The notes beneath the pieces were generated by a model, which saw only the letters and a list, made by a program, of their open reading frames with translations, did no database searches and was not told where the DNA came from. A DNA stretch of 64,000 bases from Octopus vulgaris (lineage: Eukaryota), in contig OX597819.1 of the NCBI GenBank assembly GCA_951406725.2, forward strand, positions 51,646,001-51,710,000, written 5' to 3'. Numbering within the stretch: position 1 is the stretch's first letter; each line of letters opens with the position of its first letter. The translations under genes were made by a program, and so were the position numbers. This document shows positions 13,432 through 26,663 of the stretch, in pieces.

Positions 13432-13644
13432 CAAAATGTGACCGCGTGTGTACCGTCGGCGATTCTTTTTCCTCCGTCTTCCCTTCTTTGGATCTTTCCT
13501 TTTCCTATGTTTCTGACGAAGAGCTCCGCTCGAAACGTTAAACCCTCCTTCTTTCCTTCTTTCCTGAGCGTCCAATAACACTATATTTATTCCACGTCCT
13601 CACGTTGTTGTGTTTCTCTTTGTGTTTTCATGTTTGGATTAACT
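13432..13644 (+). mobile_element. Short HHR-bearing element (PLE 3' end/pLTR-like) flanked by (TA)n
   Basis: About 210 bp between TA tracts. Homologous to 54935-55116 (+) and 43512-43693 (-), more distantly to 33300-33472 (+) and 4322-4510 (-). Confidence 0.8.
13509..13543 (+). ncRNA. Type I minimal hammerhead ribozyme (intact core)
   Basis: gttt-CTGACGA-a-gagc(tcc)gctc-GAAAC-GTT-aaac: stem I gttt/aaac, stem II gagc/gctc, palindromic ACGT stem III. Confidence 0.85.
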
Positions 13645-13659
13645 ATATATATATATATG

Positions 13660-13748
<89 letters not shown>

Positions 13749-14163
13749 GTGAATACACTTGTATTCACGAAGAACTACATGCATGGATATAAGCGTACGT
13801 ACATCGTACGTATGTAACGTATTATGTCTGTATGCAGATATATATACACACAAATACATACATACATACATACATACATATACACATTTTTGTGTGTTGT
13901 GTTTCTGCGTCTACGTGCGTCAAGTGGATTCTGTTTGTCTCGATGGTTTCCAGAAAAAAAAAATCGATAGGAAATCAGCGACAATCGAATGCCTGCAAGA
14001 TGTTACCGATAGTAATTAAGTTAAAACCTTAACGAGATTAAGACATATGCTTGGCTTTAATTTGTTGATCGCTTTATCTGTTTGCTTATGTTTCCTTCCT
14101 ATATTTTACGTATCGTCAATGTATTTTCTACTAATGTTGCTCCAGTTGTTACCGCGTATTGTT

Positions 14164-14232
<69 letters not shown>

Positions 14233-14346
14233 AAATGAGCTGGTGCTTGTTTTGGGTTTGTCTATTTAATGCGCAGTTTTGTAACAGCGAAATATGTCGC
14301 AGAAATGAATGGATTCTTATGACCCCAGTCTTATGCGAAATGGTAG

Positions 14347-14395
<49 letters not shown>

Positions 14396-14419
14396 TGATG
14401 ATGATGATGATAAAAATAA

Positions 14420-14463
<44 letters not shown>

Positions 14464-14469
14464 ATAGAT

Positions 14470-15015
14470 GAAGTACCAGGCAGTGGCTCTCGTTGCTTCA
14501 GATCTTAACTGATTGGAAGTGTTATCAAGTACATTGTTTTGTCTTGGTATAAAAGATGGGCTACAGCAAATATTCTGCTCAATACCGCAGATTTGCTTGT
14601 CAGTAGTTTGACCTTAACCAGTTGAGCATGTCCCTTAGTGGCTGACAATATGTGCATCTCTGATCGTGAGTAGAAGTAGAGGGGGAGCATCATAGCCATA
14701 TGTTGCGAGGGATTCTATGGGGTTTGAATGATTCACCTCTGGAAACATGGGTGTTTCATTCAGCATCCTTAAACAACCCTTATTCAAGGACCTTTTGAGC
14801 GGGATGGGTTACTCGACCAGAAGAAAATTCTAACTGGGTCCCATTTGCAAAGTCATGCGCTGTTTATCTTGATATGAGATCACCGTGTCGCGCACATATG
14901 GTTGTGATGCATGTGCCTGGTGTACCCTTATCAGACGAGTAGTCATGATGGATATACTGGGCTTCTTATATTTTACCACAGTGTCACTTTGATGGCATGC
15001 ACTGCTCTCTTACTC

Positions 15016-15016
<1 letters not shown>
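14470..15016 (+). mobile_element. Probable 5'-truncated retroelement 3' region ending in (TAA)n
   Basis: About 550 bp complex block between TAA/TAG repeats and the TAA array, ending abruptly ctctcttactc|AATAATAAT. No ORF. Identity is inferred from the architecture only. Confidence 0.4.
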
Positions 15017-15077
<61 letters not shown>

Positions 15078-18000
15078 GGGAACACCGGGGGACGTTTAAG
15101 ATGCAAGAACGATAAAACAGAGCGCTCCGAAATCTATCCACAAACATCGAAAACAAAGACATCGTATGGAGCCAAAAATTTACTAACAAAGGATTGGACT
15201 ATATCCGAGTAAGTAATACTCATTGAAATTTATTACTATTTTCGAAACGAAATGATGTATTTTAACTCGATATCATCTCCACCCCAAATACAACACATGT
15301 AAACATGCGTGATACATTACGATCCATCAACACCAGATTATCCCCGACCCCAAACACCTTGTACAAAAAAAAATTACGAAGGAATTAAATACCACCGATA
15401 TTATTCAACCCAAGAATAACAATCGGGAAGTACGTACTTTAAACTTACAACACAAAATGTACGAAAAACTACACGTGCAAAACAATGTGACAACAGAAAT
15501 GAACGGACCGGTACCCTACGAAAATGACGACCGTCAAAATAATGGGCCGAACGTTGTTCCTCATGTCCCGCAAATAAAACCCAAAAGACATAAATGGACA
15601 CGCGAGGAATACATTTCTATCCTACACGCATACTTCACAGCAGTGCTCTACCCAAAAAATGAAAACACAACACATACATATAAAATATGGAAGGAAAATA
15701 ACATAAATATAGACTTGGATACAACAATGAACCCTAATAAACTAGCTACCGTACGAAGATACATTCTCAATGCAAAAGAAAAAATATCAGAAATAGAAAT
15801 AGAACATCTAAAAGAAAAAATACACCAGGAAAATGTAGACAGAAGCCACACAACAACGCCCAATAATATAAACACTGAAACAGTAAAACACGAAGACAAA
15901 CGTAACATTCCCAACAAACACGATGTAAACAAAAAACAACAAACCCAGACCGTAAGGATGCATAATAATACACGACAAACAGCAAGCCAAAACACGGCAA
16001 ACAAACATATAAATAAGAAAGAAAGCGACACAAATCTAAAACCTGGAAACAACGAAGGGGAACCTAATGATTATGATAATATAAAAAGTAAAATAATCAA
16101 AGAACTGAAAACAACAGAGCCCAAAATGGACCACCGACCATACCTCCCAAAAATCAAAATAGACGAAACAACAACACCAATTATAAACAGCATAAACCTA
16201 GCCGTCACGGAACTAATAGCCACTGAAACAAAATGCGATATCACTGAGCTAAATGACTTAGTATACGCAACAGCCACTGCAGCCACAAAAGAAGCTGGAT
16301 ACTCACTCAAACCCATCCAAACAGGAGCACAACCACCCAAACAAACCCTGTGGATAAATAACATCCAAAACAAAATACAAAAAATGAGAAAAGATCTGTC
16401 GATTCTTAATGAAATCAGTAGACAATCAACGCTACTGAGCAACAAAAAGAAAACAAAAATACTCCGCAAATATAACATCATAGAAAAAGATTTACCTGAG
16501 ATAAAAGAAAAGCTGAAGCAAGATATCCTTGCGAAAGCACAAAGGAGCCGCCGGTACGAGAAACGCCAGCGCTTCTTTGAACAAAACAAACAGTTCAACT
16601 CCAACCCCAAAAAGTTCTACGAAGAACTTGTCAAAAATAAAATAGAAATCACTGCAGCACCAACGGCAGAAGAAGTGGAAGAATTCTGGAGATAAATATG
16701 GTCGGCGAACGAACAACCAAAATAAAAGGAGTATTAAAACAACAAACTCAGCATCTGAGCAACTTTGGACCCCCATAACAACTGAAGAGGTCACCCAGGC
16801 ACTGCAAAGACTAAGCAACTGGAAGGCACCTGGGCATGACAAAATCCCCAACTTCTGGTTGAAATATCTAACAGGAATGCACAAAAAGCTGGCTGAAAAC
16901 TTTAACAAAATACTAGCAGAGCCAGAGACAATGCCTGAATGGCTCACGAAGGGGAAAACCATCTTAATTCCCAAATCAAATGAGACGGCAAAACCGGAAA
17001 ACTACAGACCAATAACCTGTCTCCCTACAATGTACAAGGCATTTACTGCAGTGATATCGCAAAGGTTGAACAAGCACCTGGACCAAAAAACAACCTGTTT
17101 CCAGAAGAGCAGAAAGGATGCCGCAAAGGCTCATATGGCTGTAAAGATCAACTAATGATTAATAAAGCCATAACTGAAGACAGGCACAGAAAGAAGAAAG
17201 GCCTCAGTATGGCCTGGATCGACTACAAAAAGGCGTTTGATAGCATCCCCCACACATGGATCCTCGAAACACTAGCCATTAACAAAGTAGCACCAACATT
17301 CATAAAATTCATAGGGCACTCTATGAATAAATGGCAAACAGTGCTACAGCTCCAAACAAAAGAGGGACTCATGAAAACCAAAGCCATCCCCATTAGAAGA
17401 GGAATATTCCAGGGAGACACGCTCTCTCCACTCCTTTTCTGCTTGGCACTGTCACCTCTATCTGATATGCTAAATAGAACTGGATGCGATATAAATGTTA
17501 CGGCAAAATGATCAGCCACCTTTTATATATGGATGACCTAAAACTATACGCTGCAAATGACAAACAGCTGGAAACACTATTAAAGACAATTCATGGATTT
17601 ACCAAAGAAATAGATATGAAATTTGGATTAGAAAAATGCACCAAAGCAACCCTGAAAAGAGGAAAACTAGTTAAGAGTAGCAACATCACACTAGATAAAA
17701 CCAATGAAATAAAAGAACTATACCAAAGCCAAACTTACAAATACTTAGGAATCCATGAACTAGATAAGACACAATGAAAGAGAAAATAAAAAAAGAATAT
17801 TATAGACGAGTTAGATCAATACTAAAAACAGAGCTCAATGCTAAAAACAAGATAATAGGTATTAACACTTTAGCTGTCCCAGTTATAAGTTACAGCTACA
17901 ATATCCTTAACTGGACACTTAATGAACTGACCAAAATAGATAGGAAAACAAGAAAAATAATGACAGGATCCAGGATGCATCACCCAAAATCTGACATAGA

Positions 18001-19172
18001 AAGACTATATATACAACGTATAGAAGGTGGTAGAGGCCTTATACAGCTGGAAAACTACTATAAAATAACCACCATAAGGCTGTAAAAATACCTACTTCAG
18101 AAGGAAGGAAAACTGATCCAGATAGCAGCAAAACACGAGCAAAACAAAAAACTGTTCTCAGTATTTAAGAAAGCTGACAAATACAAACAAGAAATCATAC
18201 CACCTAATAAACACGAAGAAGAAGAAGAAGATGATGAAGAAACAACAAAAGCTATAAAACAAATGAAATCCAAACTAAAAATAGAACAGCAACGAACCAT
18301 GATAAAACGATGGCAAGAAAAGCCCCTTCATGGTAAATACTGCACTAAACTAAACGCAAAAGAAATAGACAAAGAAAAATCCCAGCAATGGTTGAGAAGC
18401 TCAGGGCTCAAAGCAGAGACAGAGGGATTTTTAATTGCAGCACAAGACCAAAGCCTCCCCACCAGAAATTACCAAAAACCTGAAATGAAAAGAAATATAA
18501 CAAGTAACTACAGAATATGTGGAGATGGACAAGAAACAATAAATCATATTATCTCTGGCTGCTCAGTCCTGGCTAAGAAGGAATATATTCACAGACATGA
18601 CAGAGTTGGAACCTACATTCACTGGAAGCTATGCCAACATTATGGAATAACAACAGAAAAAAGATGGTATATGCACACACCAGAAAAGGTCACAGAAAAC
18701 GAGAAAGTAACCATACTCTGGGATATGCCGATACACACAGATAGAGAAATTAAGGCTAACAGACCAAATGTAGTTGTCAGAGATCATGAAGAAAAAAAAT
18801 GCTTTCTAATTGATGTATCAATACCGGCAGATAACAACGTGTCTCTAAAAGAAATGGAGAAACTTTCAAAATACAAAGACCTGGAAATAGAGGTAACCAG
18901 AATGTGAAATCTAAAAACAGAAACAATTCCTATCATAATAGGTGCATTAGGCATGATAAAAAAATATTCAGACAACTACATAACAAAAACACCAGGACTT
19001 ACAAACACATATAGCATACAGAAAATTGCACTACTAGGCACTGCACACATCCTACGCAGAACACTTTCCATACAATAACCATCAGAGCATCACAACAAAT
19101 CACAGCAAATACCTAAGGCACACAGAGCTGCGCTCGGTAGTGAAGTGAAAGCACGCTATAAAAATAAAACTA

Positions 19173-19175
<3 letters not shown>
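15078..19175 (+). mobile_element. Near full-length R4/Dong-clade non-LTR retrotransposon (RT + restriction-like endonuclease) inserted in a (TAA)n array
   Basis: About 4.1 kb bounded on both sides by (TAA)n. One frameshifted ORF with RT and RLE motifs, then a ~100 bp 3' UTR ending directly in TAA repeats. Insertion into TAA repeats is the known target preference of Dong (R4 clade). Confidence 0.9.
15457..19078 (+). pseudogene. Disrupted RT-RLE polyprotein of the R4/Dong-like element
   Basis: Collinear ORF pieces: N-terminal KRHKWTREE; KAPGHDKIPNFWLK; PENYRPITCLPTMYK; AWIDYKKAFDSIPH; RGIFQGDTLSPLLF; HLLYMDDLKLY; YKYLG; zinc knuckle YRICGDGQETINHIISGC (first C mutated); RHDRV; RLE NRPN (for RPD), LIDVSIP, EKLSKYKDL, IPIIIGALG, QKIALLGTAHILRRTL. 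Several frameshifts and stops. Confidence 0.9.
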
Positions 19176-19245
<70 letters not shown>

Positions 19246-19247
19246 TA

Positions 19248-19278
<31 letters not shown>

Positions 19279-19290
19279 TAATAATAATGC

Positions 19291-19352
<62 letters not shown>

Positions 19353-19380
19353 TTAATAATAATAAAAATAATAATAATAA

Positions 19381-19429
<49 letters not shown>

Positions 19430-19516
19430 TTAATAATAATAAAAATAATAATAATAAAATAATAATAATAATAAAATAATAATAATAATAATAATAACAA
19501 CAACAACAACAACAAC

Positions 19517-19549
<33 letters not shown>
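19176..19549. repeat. Long (TAA)n compound microsatellite
   Basis: Read directly. Similar arrays at 15017-15077, 22596-22665, 34764-35290 and 46077-46200. Confidence 0.98.
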
Positions 19550-19550
<1 letters not shown>

Positions 19551-20327
19551 TCGGGAAGACACTCGGCAAGAAATAGTAAGAAAACTGAAGGAAGAAAAAC
19601 TATTAATAATCCTTTCTACTATATGTATAAGGCCTAGAATTTCAGGGAAGAGGACTAGTTGATATCAACCCCAGTATACAACTGGTACTTATTTTATCGA
19701 CCTTAAAAAGATGAACGGTAACGTCGACCTCGGTGAAATTTGAACGTAAAGACGGATGAAATGCTGCCGCCTCAGCTATTAAGTATATTGACAAAAATGT
19801 GATGGCGCGTGGCTTTGTGGTTACACCAAATTAGATCAACTGAAGCAACACGGTTTGTGATACAGGATTAGGTTTTCACTACTAAGTACATTGGAATAAA
19901 TATCCATAACTAGTATAAAATATGCGACATATGTCGACGGCATGGTGTATTTTCTACGACAATGTACAACATTGTATCAAGGTGTCTTACAATAGCTACA
20001 AGAGAAAATACTTGAGACAGATTAGTGGAACAATGTTACTCATGTAAGATGAGTCACTGAACTTCAACTGCTCTAAGTAAAAGTTCCCTTTTACTAATGA
20101 TAACTTTTATTTTCATGATAATGAAAATACTATAGAATATGAAAATACTATAGAACTTTAACATGCGGACAGACCACCAGAAAACACATACAATAGTAAC
20201 AAGGAAGCCTCCTTGTTGGTGTGGTTATTGGGATTGTTTAACTCCAGGACAGTCTTGACCAAACAGACCATCTGGTCTTTGTTTTTGCTTTCGTTTTTTT
20301 CCGGTTGCAGTGGATGTAGAACAACAC

Positions 20328-20587
20328 CAGTGGTTCTCAGAGTGAATGATACTGCCCCACTGGGGCGTTGGAAAGATTCGATATAGGGTGTTACAGAAAA
20401 GTGGGGCGATAATTGAGTGGCCAAAAGAGGGCGATGGATGTAAAAAAAATAAATAACGGGTTAATTTGGTTTAAGTTTTTATCAGAAAATTGTCTTTGTT
20501 TGAGGTGATGAGTGGCGGTGGAGGTGGGGTAGGAATGTGGCCTGAGTGCCAAGGAGGCGGCAACCTGAAAAAGTTTGGGAACTACTG
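20328..20587. mobile_element. hAT (Charlie-like) MITE
   Basis: TIRs CAGTGGTTCTCA ... TGGGAACTACTG. Degenerate 8-bp TSD aacaacac / gcctacac. Confidence 0.65.
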
Positions 20588-21154
20588 GCCTACACTAATG
20601 TGTCCATTTCTTTATAATACAACAGAGTGTGATGAGTAGAAGATTTGACAGGTAATCGATCGTGTAGGAGTCCTCTCATTGGCTCGGGTCGTAATTCTGG
20701 CAGCAAGCGGGTAAAAGCGATTACTGTGTGCGTATTCTATTCTGCATAAGACCACAGGCTATTGCAGTCAATATATTAATAATAAATGTGTATAATGTTA
20801 CGCAGAGAATAAAAAAAAACTTACAACAATCAAACAGCTTTATAATCCCATGAAACTGGCAGCGGAGTAATATGGTGGCTGATTATATTGATGTAATATG
20901 ATGGCTGAGTATTGATAACTTCAGCTCTTAAGTCTTTAATAAGAAATTTTGATCTGTCTCGGAAGCAAATCCTTCATTTTGCGTGTTATACGTACCACTA
21001 TAGAAAAATCTACTTCCTGGGAATCTTATGACAGTAGACTGTAGTCTTATCCAGAGTGGAATGAGGATGTGCTGATCGTTTTTACCATTTTAATGCCAGA
21101 ATCAAGAATCAATCCAAAGAGAGGATCCCGACGCGATCAGTCGGGCAGTTTTAA

Positions 21155-21515
21155 TTAGCAGCCAAATCTTCGTCGCGCCCTATTGTATTATAAAGGAATG
21201 GACACGTCGAATAGATTAGCCCTACATCCACATCTAAAAATAAAAGGCAAGATGGTCATGGACAGATCTTCCCGATCGAGACTATTAACTGCACCAACAA
21301 GAGAGCTTCATTATGATAGACTGATCTGCTAAAAAAAAAAGGGCAAGCAAATCTCCCTAAAATAGCACCTTAATATCGTGAAAGGGAAAGCAGTGGATAA
21401 TGTAGTTCAAGATACACTCTTTTTTTTTTCTTCTTCTGAAAGACGGATGAAGTCGTTGCTTGAACGCCTTTGATCATAAACTAACTCGATCAGGGCTGAT
21501 CAGAAGCTCAACAAT
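21155..21515. repeat. Two adjacent copies of an old unclassified interspersed repeat
   Basis: Motifs gcagccaaatct... and gaacgcctttgatcat...ctcgatcagggctga recur at ~5970-6135, 13060-13125, 28520-28690, 42560-42650 and 53680-53775. Confidence 0.45.
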
Positions 21516-22219
21516 AGCCGAATCTTAAAAGCCTCTTGGGAATTGAGACACATTTACATCCTCCATTTTACTGTAGTCGGAGAGGATATTACGAAGCATA
21601 ATATAATAGTGTAATTCCCAGTAAATAAAACATATATGTATGACGATCCACCATAAATATAGAGTGTAAGATCCAGGGGGTTGGATGTAAGAAAACAAAA
21701 ATCAAGTTAACGGACAGTAGCCATTCAACGGAACATGTTTCTCTCACTTAAGTACCAAAACAGGGAGAAAGTTTGCATGGATAAATTCAGCCATATTGAA
21801 AAATTATTAGTTCAGGCGCCAGACTTCTGTCAGTCGTATAGTGTTCAATAGAGCAGTTTCTCCCTCCGCACGCTTCTCTCCCGCCACCTTCTTCCTTTGC
21901 AAGAGTTGCAGACAGCAGCCTTAGTCTGTTTTCAAAGAATATGATATCAAATGCAGATCAGAGCAGATCAGTTTAATGGTCTGCAAGCAAAGCGGTTGAC
22001 TGATTTGACTGCTGCTGACCTCACTGCATAGACTTAGCTCCATTTGATAACGTTTTTTTTTTTTAGGTTTTGGTTTCGTTTTTGTTTTTGTTTTTTGTTT
22101 CTTCTTGTTGTTTTTATGGCTGTTATTGTTGTTGTCGCCATCGTTTTTGTTTGTTTGTTTGTTGTTATTGCTATTGTAGTTGTTAATCTTGTTATTTTGT
22201 GGCTATCATGGTTTTTATG

Positions 22220-22261
<42 letters not shown>

Positions 22262-22301
22262 GCTGTTATTCTTGTAGTTATTATTATTATTATATTTGTT
22301 G

Positions 22302-22357
<56 letters not shown>

Positions 22358-22605
22358 GACGTTACTCTTTATTTTTATTCCTATTATTATTTATTGTTTC
22401 TTATTCCTATTGAAGGGTTTTTGTGGTGGTGGAGGTGGTGGTGTTTGTTGTTGTTGTTGTTGTTGTTGTTCTTGCTGCTCTTGTTGTTCTTGTTGTTTAT
22501 AGTTGTTATTGCCATTGTTCTTACTGATGCTATTAATGTTATTGCTTTTTGCTGAAACCGCTCTTCAGAAGAAGAAAAAGAAAAAGAAAAAGAAGACAGA
22601 TAATG

Positions 22606-22668
<63 letters not shown>

Positions 22669-23179
22669 TAAAAAAACGATCAATCAAATCCCTCGGTGAC
22701 CTATAAAAGAGAATATGAGTACTCCGCCCACCAACTTGTATAACAAAATTGCTTGTTGAGTGAGAGAACATGAAGAAGCAATTCCTCCCGCCCGCCTGGT
22801 GCAGAGGAAGTTATTGGTTGCCATCAAGAGGCCTGCAAAATGATGAGTAAGCAAAATTTCCTTCTACTATAAGTAAGCAAAGAGTGTATTGGCTTCGAGA
22901 GAATGAAAACCAGCAGCAAAGCCGCTTGGGTTTTTTTTTGTTTTTGTTTTCGTTTCTTTTTGTCTTTTTTTACTTTTATTTTTGTTTTTATCTTTCTGAC
23001 AAGAATGAGAATAGTGCATGTAAAATATTCTGTAAAGTATATACCAATTTCTACTAAAGATTCTAGCCAAAAGTATTTACTGACTACAACAAGGTACGTG
23101 CACATGTGTGTGTGTATTTGTGTCGGTGTTGTGTACCTATCTATCTATATCTATCTATCTATGTATCTATCTATCTATT

Positions 23180-23337
23180 TGTTCTTTTCTTCCCTTTTGC
23201 GATCCCTCTTGATCGAAAACCTACGCCACCCCCCTTTTTTTTCTTTTGATTTTTGTTTTTTGTCATGCCCCAAAAGAAAAGCTCTACCTTGTAACTTGTC
23301 CCATCTGTGTGCAGCCCTGTGTGGCCAATAAAGAAAC
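23180..23337 (+). mobile_element. 3' UTR of the same Tx1-like LINE family inside (TATC)/(GATA) repeats
   Basis: Ends caaaagaaaagctctaccttgtaacttgtcccatctgtgtgcagccctgtgtggccaataaagaaac, near-identical to the reverse complement of 42129-42196. Confidence 0.75.
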
Positions 23338-23352
23338 TTATCTATAATATCT

Positions 23353-23487
<135 letters not shown>

Positions 23488-23926
23488 TCTTACGCTTTTA
23501 TTTGTTTCAGTCATTGGATTGCGGCCATACTGAGGCACCGCCACAAAGGATTTTAGCGAAAGAAATCGGACCCAAATACTTCCACCTTTTTTTTAAAAAG
23601 AAGTCTGGTACTTATTTTATTACTCTCTGTTGCCGAATCTTTAAGTTACTGGCGCATCTATGGTCAATCGGTCAGATACTAAAACCCATATGCAAACTCT
23701 CTCTTTCTCTCTCTCTCTCTTCCTATCTCTCTCTCTCTCACACACACACACACATGCATACACACGCACACACACATTGCATGCACATACACACACACAT
23801 ACACATTTACATATATGCAATGGACTTTATTGTGCAAAGCAGCTGACATATTAGATCGAGAAGACTCTGTGTGTATGTGTGCGTGTGTTTGTGTGTGTGT
23901 GTGTGTGTTTGCCTGTGTGCGTTTGC

Positions 23927-23968
<42 letters not shown>

Positions 23969-24429
23969 TCCTTCACTTGTTTCTGCTATATGATTGCTGC
24001 CATGCTTGGCTACCACCTTGAAAAAAATCAGTGTCTATATAGTCGCCAGTAGACATTAACGCCCTCGCTTAACCCAATGGCATATCCAGGATGTGCCGCT
24101 GAATTAAATAATTGGAGAGAGTTGCACCGGATCTCACTACTCATTTTCAGCTGAGCAGACCGGAGTAGTATGCCATGAAATCACTTTGCTCAATTACACA
24201 ACGTGCCGGGAATCGAACCCATGATCGTCAACTGAGTACTCACCTAACCTCTCTAGACCACAAAACCTGATCGATTGACCATTTTGTTTAGTAATGATTT
24301 CATTGAAATTGAAAGAATGAGCAGCGTCAGCACAATTCGAACTAAGAACGAGGAGCGGTAACACCAAAATGTTACCGCGTGCCAGCCAACTCGCCGACTT
24401 ACAAAGATATCAGATTATTACGTTTGTCT

Positions 24430-24633
24430 TTTACCTTCCACTTGCTTCAGTCATTGGACTGCGCTCATGCTGGGACACCGTCTGAAAGGGCTTTAATCGA
24501 GCAAATCGACCCCAAGACTTATTCTTTGGAAGCCTAGTACTTATTCTATCGGTCTCTTTTGCTGAACCGCTAAGTTACGGGGACGTAAACACACCACCAT
24601 CGGTTGACAAGCGATGTTGGGGGACAAACACAG

Positions 24634-24666
<33 letters not shown>

Positions 24667-24975
24667 CATATATACGACGGGCTTCTTTCAGTTTCCGTCT
24701 ACCAAATCCACTCACAAGGCTTTGGTCGACCCGAGGGTATAGTAAAAGACACTTGCCCAAAGTGTCATGCAGTAGGAGTGAACCCGGAACCATGTGGTTG
24801 GTTAGCAAGCTACTGTAAATCGACCCCTGGGCTTATTCTTTGTAAGCCTGGTACTTCTGTCGGTTTCTTTTGCCGAACTGCTAAATTACGAGGACGTAAA
24901 CACACCAACATCGGTTGTCAAGGGATGGTAGGAAGGGACGAACAGAAAAATATACACATGCACACACACACACGC

Positions 24976-25033
<58 letters not shown>

Positions 25034-25405
25034 GACGGGCATTCACAAGGCTTTGGTTGGCCCGAGGCTATAATAGAAGACATTTTCCTAAGGTGCCACG
25101 CAGTGGAACTGAACCCGGAACCATGTGGTTGGGAAGCAAGCTTCTTACCACACAGCCTCTCACAAACTCGTACACAGACTCACATACTCACATGCACACA
25201 TACACGCACACACACATTCGTACATATACATACACACACGTACATGAAGGATTCCACATAGTTTCCGACTTTCCGTCTACGATATTCGCTTGCAAGGTAC
25301 AGGTCGGCTTGGACTATAGTAGAGGACGCATACACAACGTGACGCGCCGGGATACTCAACCCGAAACCAAATGGTTGTAAAGCAAGTTTCTTAACCACAC
25401 AACCA
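24430..25405 (-). mobile_element. Cluster of three SINE family A copies
   Basis: Copies at ~24430-24813 and ~24815-25160, degenerate head at ~25250-25405. Further 3' fragments at 23491-23650 and 25940-26150. Confidence 0.85.
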
Positions 25406-26212
25406 TGTAAATTGCTGTAACTTCAGGTATGTCAATTTCTCTCTGTCCTCGAAAAGGCAAGAATCTATGCGATGCGTACTTTTACAGTTATACACATATA
25501 CACACAGAAACGTTATCAATATCATCAACATATTAGCTCGAAACTACGTTACAATGAATCAGATATCAATTTCCGAAATTATAAAGGAAATATCATCAGA
25601 ATAAAAGTAAGCAATTTCTCATTTTTTTTTTTGTTTGTTTGTTTGTTTTTTTGTTATTTTTATGTTGCCAAGCTAGATTTTATATACACTTTGACACAAA
25701 TTGACTAATAACTTCAGTTGAGCCTTGTCAGCTACTTAGCATCCTTGTGGAAAGTTTCATAATTTTTCAAATGCTACTTGACATTTTCATTGCAACTCTC
25801 TTACAGATAAAATATAATGAATATATTTAGTGACATGTGGTTATAAATACTGCTATTTCCCGACAATTTTTCCACGAGTTGATGCTTCTGTAATAACTGG
25901 AAGCTTAGAAAGTGTAAAGTACACGTTGTTCTTTCAACTTTTACTTATTTCAGGCATTAGCCTGCGGCCATGCTGAAGCACTGACATGAAGAATTTTTAG
26001 GCGAACGAATTGATCCACAGTACCTGTTTTGTTTTGTTTTTTGTTTTATTTTTCAAGCCTGGTACTTATTGTATCATTCTCTTTTGCCGAACCGCTAACT
26101 TACGGTTATGTAAATAAACCAACACAGATGTTGGTGAACAAACACAGACTCAAAGATACGCACACTCCACACACACGTATTTATATATATATGTATGTAT
26201 GTATGTGTGTAT

Positions 26213-26299
<87 letters not shown>

Positions 26300-26300
26300 T

Positions 26301-26599
26301 TAATAGTAATAGTAAGACAACAAGAATGAATGAGACATCGATATTATATAAATAGAGGAATTTATCTGTAATATAATATGTGACAATTATTTGGTTACCA
26401 TAATAAGACTACGAGTTTTGGATGTCGGAGCGGAAAACTGCTCCGGCATCTCATCAGTTATAGAAGCAATAAAAAAATGTTATCTTGCATTTTTTGATTA
26501 GCTCTATAACTGACGAGATGCCGGAGCAGTTTACCGCCCCGACATCCGAAACTCAGAGTCTTATTATGGCAACCGAATAATTGTCACATATTATATTAC

Positions 26600-26604
<5 letters not shown>
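26301..26604. mobile_element. PLE-type foldback element with twin HHR motifs between (GATA)n and (TA)n
   Basis: Imperfect inverted arms ~26363-26464 and ~26503-26604, with an unpaired extension 26301-26362 on the left. Confidence 0.8.
26506..26564 (+). ncRNA. Type I hammerhead ribozyme (intact core, GUC triplet)
   Basis: ataa-CTGACGA-gatg...catc-c-GAAAC-tcaga-GTC-ttat: stem I ataa/ttat, stem II gatg/catc with a long internal hairpin, short stem III. The mirror copy at 26403-26461 (-) has CTGATGA but GAAA mutated to AAAA. Confidence 0.8.

Positions 26605-26660
<56 letters not shown>

Positions 26661-26663
<3 letters not shown>

Noticed and set aside
15078-15200. HDV-like ribozyme at the 5' end of the R4/Dong element
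   Set aside because: I could not fold a nested double pseudoknot by eye; needs a descriptor search.
24604-25380. 258-aa ORF
   Set aside because: Antisense read-through of tandem SINE copies and microsatellites.
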